This document shows positions 1 through 11,600 of a DNA stretch of 64,000 bases, one piece after another. The translations under genes and the position numbers were made by a program. A model generated the notes under the pieces. The model made no database searches. It was given only the letters and a program-made list of their open reading frames with translations, and was not told where the DNA came from. Source of the stretch: the human T2T-CHM13v2.0 reference genome, Homo sapiens; the NCBI RefSeq assembly GCF_009914755.1, contig NC_060944.1; one strand, 5' to 3'. Position 1 is the first letter of the stretch, and every line of letters begins with the position of its first letter.

Positions 1-64
1 TAGAGCAGGTTTGAAACACTCTTTTTGTAGTATCTGGATGTGGACATTTGGATCGCTTTCAGGC

Positions 65-81
65 CTATGGTGAAAAAGGAA
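65..81 (+). other. pJalpha (A-box) motif of an A-type monomer; recurs every 2,719 bp, with variant versions in the other A monomers
   Basis: CTATGGTGAAAAAGGAA is the reverse complement of the pJalpha motif TTCCTTTTYCACCRTAG. It lies 171 bp before the CENP-B box at 236, i.e. at the homologous monomer position. Confidence 0.8.
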
Positions 82-235
82 ATATCTTCCCATGAAGACT
101 AGACAGAAGCATTCTCAGAAACTTATTTGTGATGTGTGCCCTCAACTGACAGTGTTGAACCTTTGTTTTGATAGAGCAGTTCTGAAACACACTTTTTGTA
201 AAATCTGCAAGAGGATATTTGGATAGCTTTGAGGA

Positions 236-252
236 TTTCGTTGGAAACGGGA
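236..252 (+). other. CENP-B box, canonical (repeats every 2,719 bp)
   Basis: TTTCGTTGGAAACGGGA matches YTTCGTTGGAARCGGGA. Confidence 0.96.
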
Positions 253-577
253 ATGTCTTCATGTAAACTCTAGACAGAAGCATTCTCAGAAACTGCTTTG
301 GGATGTTTGAATTGAAGTCCCAGTGTTGAACATTCCCATTCATAGAGCAGGTTTGAAACACTCTTTTTGTACTATCTGGAAGTGGACATTTGGAGCGCTT
401 TCAGGTCTACGGTGAAAAAGGAGATATCTTCCAATAAAAACTAGATAGAAGCAATGTCAGAACTTTTTTCATGATGTATCTACTCAGCAAACAGAGTTGA
501 ACCTTTCTTTTGAGAGAGCAGTTTTGAAACACTCTTTTTGTGGAATATGCAAGTGGGTATTAGGCCAGCTTGGAGGA

Positions 578-594
578 TTTCGTTGGAAACGGGA
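578..594 (+). other. CENP-B box, canonical (repeats every 2,719 bp)
   Basis: TTTCGTTGGAAACGGGA. Confidence 0.96.
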
Positions 595-915
595 ATACGT
601 ATAAAAAGCAGACAGCAGCATTGTCAGAAACTACTTTGTGATGTTTGCATTCAAGTCACAGAATTGAACACTCCCTTTCACAGAGCAGGTTTGAAACACT
701 CTTTTTGTAGTGTCTGTAAGTGAACATTTGGATTGCTTTCAGGCCTAAGGTGAAAAAGGAAATATTTTCCCATAACAACTAGACAGAAGCATTCTCAGAA
801 ACTTGTTTGTGATGTGTGCCCTCTACTGACAGAGTTGAACCTTTCTTTGCAAAGAGCAGTTTTGAAACACTCTTTTTGTAGAATCTGCAAGAGGATATTT
901 GGATAGCTTTGAGGA

Positions 916-932
916 TTTCTTGGGAAACGGGA
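916..932 (+). other. Degenerate, probably non-binding CENP-B box (repeats every 2,719 bp)
   Basis: TTTCTTGGGAAACGGGA has lost the G of the essential TTCG in the core nTTCGnnnnAnnCGGGn. Confidence 0.9.
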
Positions 933-1257
933 ATGTCTTCAGATAAACTCTAGACAGAAGCATTCTCAGAAACTTCTTTGGGATGTTTCAATTGAAGTCA
1001 CAGTGTTGAACATTCCCTTTCACAGAGCAGGTTTGAAACACTCTTTTTGTAGTGTCTATAAGTGAACATTTGGCATGCTTTCAGGCCTAACGTGAAAAAG
1101 GAAATATCTTCCCATAAAAACTAGACAGAAGCATTCTCAGAAACTTGTTCTTGATGTGTCCCCTCTACTGACAGAGTTGAACCTTTCTTTTCAAAGAGCA
1201 GCTTAGAAACACTCTTTTTGTAGAATCTGCAAGAGGATATTTGGATAGCTTGGAGGA

Positions 1258-1274
1258 TTTCGTTGGAAACGGGT
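1258..1274 (+). other. CENP-B box, core intact, terminal A>T (repeats every 2,719 bp)
   Basis: TTTCGTTGGAAACGGGT keeps all 9 essential bases. Confidence 0.92.
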
Positions 1275-1598
1275 ATGTCTTCAGATAAACTCTAGACAGA
1301 AGCATTCTCAGAAACTTCTTTGGGATGTTGCATTCAAGTCACAGAGTAGAACATTCCCATTCATAGAGCAGATTTGAAACACTCTTTTTGTAGTATCTGG
1401 AAGTGGACATTTGGAGCGCTTTCAGGCCTATGTTGAAAAAGGAAATATCTTCCCATAAAAACTAGACGGAAGCATTCTCAGAAACTTAATTGTGATGTGT
1501 TTGCTCAACTAACAGGATTGAACCATCGTTTTGAAGGAGTAGTTTTGAAACACTGTTTTCGTGGAATCTGCAAGTGGATATTTGGCTAGCTTTGAGGA

Positions 1599-1615
1599 TT
1601 TCGTTGGAAACGGGA
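1599..1615 (+). other. CENP-B box, canonical (repeats every 2,719 bp)
   Basis: TTTCGTTGGAAACGGGA. Confidence 0.96.
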
Positions 1616-1936
1616 TTACATATAAAAAGGAGACAGCAGCATTCTCAGAAACTTCTTTGTGATGTCTGCATTCAATTCACAGAGTTGAGCATTCCCTTTC
1701 ATAGAGCAGGTTGGAAACACTCTTTTTGTAGTATCTGGATGAGGACATTTGGAGCGCTTTCAGGCGTATGGTGAAAAAGGAAATATCTTCCCGTAAAAAC
1801 TAGACAGAAGCATTCTCAGAAGTTTATTTGTGATGTGTGCCCTCAACTAACAGAGTTGAACCTTTCTTTTGATAGAGCAGTTTTGAAACACTCTTTTTGT
1901 AAAATCTGCAAGAGGATATTTGGATAGCTTTGAGGA

Positions 1937-1953
1937 TTTCGTTGCAAACGGGA
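1937..1953 (+). other. CENP-B box, core intact, non-essential G>C (repeats every 2,719 bp)
   Basis: TTTCGTTGCAAACGGGA keeps all 9 essential bases. Confidence 0.9.
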
Positions 1954-2278
1954 ATGGCTTCATATAAACTCTAGACAGAAGCATTCTCAGAAACTTCGTT
2001 GGGATGTTTCGATTGAAGTCCCAGTGTTGAACATTCCCTTTTATAGAGCAGGTTGGAAACACTCTTTCTGCATTCCCTGGAAGTGGACATTTGGAGCGCT
2101 TTCAGGACGACGGTGAAAATGGAAATATCTTCCAAGAAAATCTAGATAGAAGCAACGTCAGAAACTTTTATGTGATGGATCTACTCAGCTAACAGAGTTG
2201 AACCTTTCTTTTGAGAGAGCAGTTTTGCAACACTCTTTTTGTGGAATATGCAAGTGGATATTAGGGCAGCTTTGAGGA

Positions 2279-2295
2279 TTTCGTTGGAAACGGGA
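2279..2295 (+). other. CENP-B box, canonical (repeats every 2,719 bp)
   Basis: TTTCGTTGGAAACGGGA. Confidence 0.96.
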
Positions 2296-2616
2296 ATACA
2301 TGTAAAAAGCAGACAGCAGCATTCTCAGAAACTTCTTTGTGATGTTTGCATTGAAGTCACAGAGTTGAACATTCCCTTTGAGAGAGCAGGTTTGAAACAC
2401 GCCTTTTGTCATATCTGGAAGTGTCCATTCGGAGCGCATTCAGGCTTGTGTTGAAAAAGGAAATATCCTCCCATAAAAACTAGACAGAAGCATTCTCAGA
2501 AACTTATCTGTGATGTATGTACTCAACTAACAGAACTAAACCATCGTTTTGAAGGAGCAGTTTTGAAACACTCTTTTTGCGGAATCTGCAAGTGGATATT
2601 TGGCTAGCTGGGAGGA

Positions 2617-2633
2617 TTTCGTTGGAAACGGGA
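2617..2633 (+). other. CENP-B box, canonical (repeats every 2,719 bp)
   Basis: TTTCGTTGGAAACGGGA. Confidence 0.96.
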
Positions 2634-5600
2634 TTACATACAAAAAGCAGAGAGCAGCATTCTCAGAAACTTCTTTGTGATGTTTGCATTCAAGTCACAG
2701 AGTTGAACATTCCCTTTCATAGAGCAGGTTTGAAACACTCTTTTTGTAGTATCTGGATGTGGACATTTGGATCGCTTTCAGGCCTATGGTGAAAAAGGAA
2801 ATATCTTCCCATGAAGACTAGACAGAAGCATTCTCAGAAACTTATTTGTGATGTGTGCCCTCAACTGACAGTGTTGAACCTTTGTTTTGATAGAGCAGTT
2901 CTGAAACACACTTTTTGTAAAATCTGCAAGAGGATATTTGGATAGCTTTGAGGATTTCGTTGGAAACGGGAATGTCTTCATGTAAACTCTAGACAGAAGC
3001 ATTCTCAGAAACTGCTTTGGGATGTTTGAATTGAAGTCCCAGTGTTGAACATTCCCATTCATAGAGCAGGTTTGAAACACTCTTTTTGTACTATCTGGAA
3101 GTGGACATTTGGAGCGCTTTCAGGTCTACGGTGAAAAAGGAGATATCTTCCAATAAAAACTAGATAGAAGCAATGTCAGAACTTTTTTCATGATGTATCT
3201 ACTCAGCAAACAGAGTTGAACCTTTCTTTTGAGAGAGCAGTTTTGAAACACTCTTTTTGTGGAATATGCAAGTGGGTATTAGGCCAGCTTGGAGGATTTC
3301 GTTGGAAACGGGAATACGTATAAAAAGCAGACAGCAGCATTGTCAGAAACTACTTTGTGATGTTTGCATTCAAGTCACAGAATTGAACACTCCCTTTCAC
3401 AGAGCAGGTTTGAAACACTCTTTTTGTAGTGTCTGTAAGTGAACATTTGGATTGCTTTCAGGCCTAAGGTGAAAAAGGAAATATTTTCCCATAACAACTA
3501 GACAGAAGCATTCTCAGAAACTTGTTTGTGATGTGTGCCCTCTACTGACAGAGTTGAAGCTTTCTTTGCAAAGAGCAGTTTTGAAACACTCTTTTTGTAG
3601 AATCTGCAAGAGGATATTTGGATAGCTTTGAGGATTTCTTGGGAAACGGGAATGTCTTCAGATAAACTCTAGACAGAAGCATTCTCAGAAACTTCTTTGG
3701 GATGTTTCAATTGAAGTCACAATGTTGAACATTCCCTTTCACAGAGCAGGTTTGAAACACTCTTTTTGTAGTGTCTATAAGTGAACATTTGGCATGCTTT
3801 CAGGCCTAACGTGAAAAAGGAAATATCTTCCCATAAAAACTAGACAGAAGCATTCTCAGAAACTTGTTCTTGATGTGTCCCCTCTACTGACAGAGTTGAA
3901 CCTTTCTTTTCAAAGAGCAGCTTAGAAACACTCTTTTTGTAGAATCTGCAAGAGGATATTTGGATAGCTTGGAGGATTTCGTTGGAAACGGGTATGTCTT
4001 CAGATAAACTCTAGACAGAAGCATTCTCAGAAACTTCTTTGGGATGTTGCATTCAAGTCACAGAGTAGAACATTCCCATTCATAGAGCAGATTTGAAACA
4101 CTCTTTTTGTAGTATCTGGAAGTGGACATTTGGAGCGCTTTCAGGCCTATGTTGAAAAAGGAAATATCTTCCCATAAAAACTAGACGGAAGCATTCTCAG
4201 AAACTTATTTGTGATGTGTTTGCTCAACTAACAGGATTGAACCATCGTTTTGAAGGAGCAGTTTTGAAACACTGTTTTCGTGGAATCTGCAAGTGGATAT
4301 TTGGCTAGCTTTGAGGATTTCGTTGGAAACGGGATTACATATAAAAAGGAGACAGCAGCATTCTCAGAAACTTCTTTGTGATGTCTGCATTCAATTCACA
4401 GAGTTGAGCATTCCCTTTCATAGAGCAGGTTGGAAACACTCTTTTTGTAGTATCTGGATGAGGACATTTGGAGCGCTTTCAGGCGTATGGTGAAAAAGGA
4501 AATATCTTCCCGTAAAAACTAGACAGAAGCATTCTCAGAAGTTTATTTGTGATGTGTGCCCTCAACTAACAGAGTTGAACCTTTCTTTTGATAGAGCAGT
4601 TTTGAAACACTCTTTTTGTAAAATCTGCAAGAGGATATTTGGATAGCTTTGAGGATTTCGTTGCAAACGGGAATGGCTTCATATAAACTCTAGACAGAAG
4701 CATTCTCAGAAACTTCGTTGGGATGTTTCGATTGAAGTCCCAGTGTTGAACATTCCCTTTTATAGAGCAGGTTGGAAACACTCTTTCTGCATTCCCTGGA
4801 AGTGGACATTTGGAGCGCTTTCAGGACGACGGTGAAAATGGAAATATCTTCCAAGAAAATCTAGATAGAAGCAACGTCAGAAACTTTTATGTGATGGATC
4901 TACTCAGCTAACAGAGTTGAACCTTTCTTTTGAGAGAGCAGTTTTGCAACACTCTTTTTGTGGAATATGCAAGTGGATATTAGGGCAGCTTTGAGGATTT
5001 CGTTGGAAACGGGAATACATGTAAAAAGCAGACAGCAGCATTCTCAGAAACTTCTTTGTGATGTTTGCATTGAAGTCACAGAGTTGAACATTCCCTTTGA
5101 GAGAGCAGGTTTGAAACACGCCTTTTGTCATATCTGGAAGTGTCCATTCGGAGCGCATTCAGGCTTGTGTTGAAAAAGGAAATATCCTCCCATAAAAACT
5201 AGACAGAAGCATTCTCAGAAACTTATCTGTGATGTATGTACTCAACTAACAGAACTAAACCATCGTTTTGAAGGAGCAGTTTTGAAACACTCTTTTTGCG
5301 GAATCTGCAAGTGGATATTTGGCTAGCTGGGAGGATTTCGTTGGAAACGGGATTACATACAAAAAGCAGACAGCAGCATTCTCAGAAACTTCTTTGTGAT
5401 GTTTGCATTCAAGTCACAGAGTTGAACATTCCCTTTCATAGAGCAGGTTTGAAACACTCTTTTTGTAGTATCTGGATGTGGACATTTGGATCGCTTTCAG
5501 GCCTATGGTGAAAAAGGAAATATCTTCCCATGAAGACTAGACAGAAGCATTCTCAGAAACTTATTTGTGATGTGTGCCCTCAACTGACAGTGTTGAACCT

Positions 5601-8600
5601 TTGTTTTGATAGAGCAGTTCTGAAACACACTTTTTGTAAAATCTGCAAGAGGATATTTGGATAGCTTTGAGGATTTCGTTGGAAACGGGAATGTCTTCAT
5701 GTAAACTCTAGACAGAAGCATTCTCAGAAACTGCTTTGGGATGTTTCAATTGAAGTCCCAGTGTTGAACATTCCCATTCATAGAGCAGGTTTGAAACACT
5801 CTTTTTGTACTATCTGGAAGTGGACATTTGGAGCGCTTTCAGGTCTACGGTGAAAAAGGAGATATCTTCCAATAAAAACTAGATAGAAGCAATGTCAGAA
5901 CTTTTTTCATGATGTATCTACTCAGCAAACAGAGTTGAACCTTTCTTTTGAGAGAGCAGTTTTGAAACACTCTTTTTGTGGAATATGCAAGTGGGTATTA
6001 GGCCAGCTTGGAGGATTTCGTTGGAAACGGGAATACGTATAAAAAGCAGACAGCAGCATTGTCAGAAACTACTTTGTGATGTTTGCATTCAAGTCACAGA
6101 ATTGAACACTCCCTTTCACAGAGCAGGTTTGAAACACTCTTTTTGTAGTGTCTGTAAGTGAACATTTGGATTGCTTTCAGGCCTAAGGTGAAAAAGGAAA
6201 TATTTTCCCATAAAAACTAGACAGAAGCATTCTCAGAAACTTGTTTGTGATGTGTGCCCTCTACTGACAGAGTTGAAGCTTTCTTTGCAAAGAGCAGTTT
6301 TGAAACACTCTTTTTGTAGAATCTGCAAGAGGATATTTGGATAGCTTTGAGGATTTCTTGGGAAACGGGAATGTCTCCAGATAAACTCTAGACAGAAGCA
6401 TTCTCAGAAACTTCTTTGGGATGTTTCAATTGAAGTCACAGTGTTGAACATTCCCTTTCACAGAGCAGGTTTGAAACACTCTTTTTGTAGTGTCTATAAG
6501 TGAACATTTGGCGTGCTTTCAGGCCTAACGTGAAAAAGGAAATATCTTCCCATAAAAACTAGACAGAAGCATTCTCAGAAACTTGTTCTTGATGTGTCCC
6601 CTCTACTGACAGAGTTGAACCTTTCTTTGCAAAGAGCAGCTTTGAAACACTCTTTTTGTAGAATCTGCAAGAGGATATTTGGATAGCTTGGAGGATTTCG
6701 TTGGAAACGGGTATGTCTTCAGATAAACTCTAGACAGAAGCATTCTCAGAAACTTCTTTGGGATGTTGCATTCAAGTCACAGAGTAGAACATTCCCATTC
6801 ATAGAGCAGATTTGAAACACTCTTTTTGTAGTATCTGGAAGTGGACATTTGGAGCGCTTTCAGGCCTATGTTGAAAAAGGAAATATCTTCCCATAAAAAC
6901 TAGACGGAAGCATTCTCAGAAACTTATTTGTGATGTGTTTGCTCAACTAACAGGATTGAACCATCGTTTTGAAGGAGCAGTTTTGAAACACTGTTTTCGT
7001 GGAATCTGCAAGTGGATATTTGGCTAGCTTTGAGGATTTCGTTGGAAACGGGATTACATATAAAAAGGAGACAGCAGCATTCTCAGAAACTTCTTTGTGA
7101 TGTCTGCATTCAATTCACAGAGTTGAGCATTCCCTTTCATAGAGCAGGTTGGAAACACTCTTTTTGTAGTATCTGGATGAGGACATTTGGAGCGCTTTCA
7201 GGCGTATGGTGAAAAAGGAAATATCTTCCCGTAAAAACTAGACAGAAGCATTCTCAGAAGTTTATTTGTGATGTGTGCCCTCAACTAACAGAGTTGAACC
7301 TTTCTTTTGATAGAGCAGTTTTGAAACACTCTTTTTGTAAAATCTGCAAGAGGATATTTGGATAGCTTTGAGGATTTCGTTGCAAACGGGAATGGCTTCA
7401 TATAAACTCTAGACAGAAGCATTCTCAGAAACTTCGTTGGGATGTTTCGATTGAAGTCCCAGTGTTGAACATTCCCTTTTATAGAGCAGGTTGGAAACAC
7501 TCTTTCTGCATTCCCTGGAAGTGGACATTTGGAGCGCTTTCAGGACGACGGTGAAAATGGAAATATCTTCCAAGAAAATCTAGATAGAAGCAATGTCAGA
7601 AACTTTTATGTGATGGATCTACTCAGCTAACAGAGTTGAACCTTTCTTTTGAGAGAGCAGTTTTGCAACACTCTTTTTGTGGAATATGCAAGTGGATATT
7701 AGGGCAGCTTTGAGGATTTCGTTGGAAACGGGAATACATGTAAAAAGCAGACAGCAGCATTCTCAGAAACTTCTTTGTGATGTTTGCATTGAAGTCACAG
7801 AGTTGAACATTCCCTTTGAGAGAGCAGGTTTGAAACACGCCTCTTGTCATATCTGGAAGTGTCCATTCGGAGCGCATTCAGGTTTGTGTTGAAAAAGGAA
7901 ATATCCTCCCATAAAAACTAGACAGAAGCATTCTCAGAAACTTATCTGTGATGTATGTACTCAACTAACAGAACTAAACCATCGTTTTGAAGGAGCAGTT
8001 TTGAAACACTCTTTTTGCGGAATCTGCAAGTGGATATTTGGCTAGCTGGGAGGATTTCGTTGGAAACGGGATTACATACAAAAAGCAGAGAGCAGCATTC
8101 TCAGAAACTTCTTTGTGATGTTTGCATTCAAGTCACAGAGTTGAACATTCCCTTTCATAGAGCAGGTTTGAAACACTCTTTTTGTAGTATCTGGATGTGG
8201 ACATTTGGATCGCTTTCAGGCCTATGGTGAAAAAGGAAATATCTTCCCATGAAGACTAGACAGAAGCATTCTCAGAAACTTATTTGTGATGTGTGCCCTC
8301 AACTGACAGTGTTGAACCTTTGTTTTGATAGAGCAGTTCTGAAACACACTTTTTGTGAAATCTGCAAGAGGATATTTGGATAGCTTTGAGGATTTCGTTG
8401 GAAACGGGAATGTCTTCATGTAAACTCTAGACAGAAGCATTCTCAGAAACTGCTTTGGGATGTTTCAATTGAAGTCCCAGTGTTGAACATTCCCTTTCAT
8501 AGAGCAGGTTTGAAACACTCTTTTTGTACTATCTGGAAGTGGACATTTGGAGCGCTTTCAGGTCTACGGTGAAAAAGGAGATATCTTCCAATAAAAACTA

Positions 8601-11600
8601 GATAGAAGCAATGTCAGAACTTTTTTCATGATGTATCTACTCAGCAAACAGAGTTGAACCTTTCTTTTGAGAGAGCAGTTTTGAAACACTCTTTTTGTGG
8701 AATATGCAAGTGGGTATTAGGCCAGCTTGGAGGATTTCGTTGGAAACGGGAATACGTATAAAAAGCAGACAGCAGCATTGTCAGAAACTACTTTGTGATG
8801 TTTGCATTCAAGTCACAGAATTGAACACTCCCTTTCACAGAGCAGGTTTGAAACACTCTTTTTGTAGTGTCTGTAAGTGAACATTTGGATTGCTTTCAGG
8901 CCTAAGGTGAAAAAGGAAATATCTTCCCATAAAAACTAGACAGAAGCATTCTCAGAAACTTGTTTGTGATGTGTGCCCTCTACTGACAGAGTTGAACCTT
9001 TCTTTGCAAAGAGCAGTTTTGAAACACTCTTTTTGTAGAATCTGCAAGAGGATATTTGGATAGCTTTGAGGATTTCTTGGGAAACGGGAATGTCTTCAGA
9101 TAAACTCTAGACAGAAGCATTCTCAGAAACTTCTTTGGGATGTTTCAATTGAAGTCACAGTGTTGAACATTCCCTTTCACAGAGCAGGTTTGAAACACTC
9201 TTTTTGTAGTGTCTATAAGTGAACATTTGGCGTGCTTTCAGGCCTAACGTGAAAAAGGAAATATCTTCCCATAAAAACTAGACAGAAGCATTCTCAGAAA
9301 CTTGTTCTTGATGTGTGCCCTCTACTGACAGAGTTGAACCTTTCTTTGCAAAGAGCAGCTTTGAAACACTCTTTTTGTAGAATCTGCAAGAGGATATTTG
9401 GATAGCTTGGAGGATTTCGTTGGAAACGGGTATGTCTTCAGATAAACTCTAGACAGAAGCATTCTCAGAAACTTCTTTGGGATGTTGCATTCAAGTCACA
9501 GAGTAGAACATTCCCATTCATAGAGCAGATTTGAAACACTCTTTTTGTAGTATCTGGAAGTGGACATTTGGAGCGCTTTCAGGCCTATGTTGAAAAAGGA
9601 AATATCTTCCCATAAAAACTAGACGGAAGCATTCTCAGAAACTTATTTGTGATGTGTTTGCTCAACTAACAGGATTGAACCATCGTTTTGAAGGAGCAGT
9701 TTTGAAACACTGTTTTCGTGGAATCTGCAAGTGGATATTTGGCTAGCTTTGAGGATTTCGTTGGAAACGGGATTACATATAAAAAGGAGACAGCAGCATT
9801 CTCAGAAACTTCTTTGTGATGTCTGCATTCAATTCACAGAGTTGAGCATTCCCTTTCATAGAGCAGGTTGGAAACACTCTTTTTGTAGTATCTGGATGAG
9901 GACATTTGGAGCGCTTTCAGGCGTATGGTGAAAAAGGAAATATCTTCCCGTAAAAACTAGACAGAAGCATTCTCAGAAGTTTATTTGTGATGTGTGCCCT
10001 CAACTAACAGAGTTGAACCTTTCTTTTGATAGAGCAGTTTTGAAACACTCTTTTTGTAAAATCTGCAAGAGGATATTTGGATAGCTTTGAGGATTTCGTT
10101 GCAAACGGGAATGGCTTCATATAAACTCTAGACAGAAGCATTCTCAGAAACTTCGTTGGGATGTTTCGATTGAAGTCCCAGTGTTGAACATTCCCTTTTA
10201 TAGAGCAGGTTGGAAACACTCTTTCTGCATTCCCTGGAAGTGGACATTTGGAGCGCTTTCAGGACGACGGTGAAAATGGAAATATCTTCCAAGAAAATCT
10301 AGATAGAAGCAACGTCAGAAACTTTTATGTGATGGATCTACTCAGCTAACAGAGTTGAACCTTTCTTTTGAGAGAGCAGTTTTGCAACACTCTTTTTGTG
10401 GAATATGCAAGTGGATATTAGGGCAGCTTTGAGGATTTCGTTGGAAACGGGAATACATGTAAAAAGCAGACAGCAGCATTCTCAGAAACTTCTTTGTGAT
10501 GTTTGCATTGAAGTCACAGAGTTGAACATTCCCTTTGAGAGAGCAGGTTTGAAACACGCCTTTTGTCATATCTGGAAGTGTCCATTCGGAGCGCATTCAG
10601 GCTTGTGTTGAAACAGGAAATATCCTCCCATAAAAACTAGACAGAAGCATTCTCAGAAACTTATTTGTGATGTATGTACTCAACTAACAGAACTAAACCA
10701 TCGTTTTGAAGGAGCAGTTTTGAAACACTCTTTTTGCGGAATCTGCAAGTGGATATTTGGCTAGCTGGGAGGATTTCGTTGGAAACGGGATTACATACAA
10801 AAAGCAGACAGCAGCATTCTCAGAAACTTCTTTGTGATGTTTGCATTCAAGTCACAGAGTTGAACATTCCCTTTCATAGAGCAGGTTTGAAACACTCTTT
10901 TTGTAGTATCTGGATGTGGACATTTGGATCGCTTTCAGGCCTATGGTGAAAAAGGAAATATCTTCCCATGAAAACTAGACAGAAGCATTCTCAGAAACTT
11001 ATTTGTGATGTGTGCCCTCAACTGACAGTGTTGAACCTTTGTTTTGATAGAGCAGTTCTGAAACACACTTTTTGTAAAATCTGCAAGAGGATATTTGGAT
11101 AGCTTTGAGGATTTCGTTGGAAACGGGAATGTCTTCATGTAAACTCTAGACAGAAGCATTCTCAGAAACTGCTTTGGGATGTTTCAATTGAAGTCCCAGT
11201 GTTGAACATTCCCTTTCATAGAGCAGGTTTGAAACACTCTTTTTGTACTATCTGGAAGTGGACATTTGGAGCGCTTTCAGGTCTACGGTGAAAAAGGAGA
11301 TATCTTCCAATAAAAACTAGATAGAAGCAATGTCAGAACTTTTTTCATGATGTATCTACTCAGCAAACAGAGTTGAACCTTTCTTTTGAGAGAGCAGTTT
11401 TGAAACACTCTTTTTGTGGAATATGCAAGTGGGTATTAGGCCAGCTTGGAGGATTTCGTTGGAAACGGGAATACGTATAAAAAGCAGACAGCAGCATTGT
11501 CAGAAACTACTTTGTGATGTTTGCATTCAAGTCACAGAATTGAACACTCCCTTTCACAGAGCAGGTTTGAAACACTCTTTTTGTAGTGTCTGTAAGTGAA

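Larger units (their letters stand above)
110..2828 (+). repeat. One complete representative 16-monomer HOR unit
   Basis: Monomer starts (CATTCTCAG register) are at 110, 281, 452, 619, 790, 961, 1132, 1303, 1473, 1640, 1811, 1982, 2153, 2320, 2491 and 2658, with the next unit at 2829. Lengths are 11x171 + 4x167 + 1x170 = 2,719 bp. Confidence 0.95.

Noticed and set aside
1994-2010. CTTCGTTGG, resembling an extra CENP-B box in an A monomer
   Set aside because: It continues GATGTTTC and lacks the essential A and CGGG, so it is only a half match.
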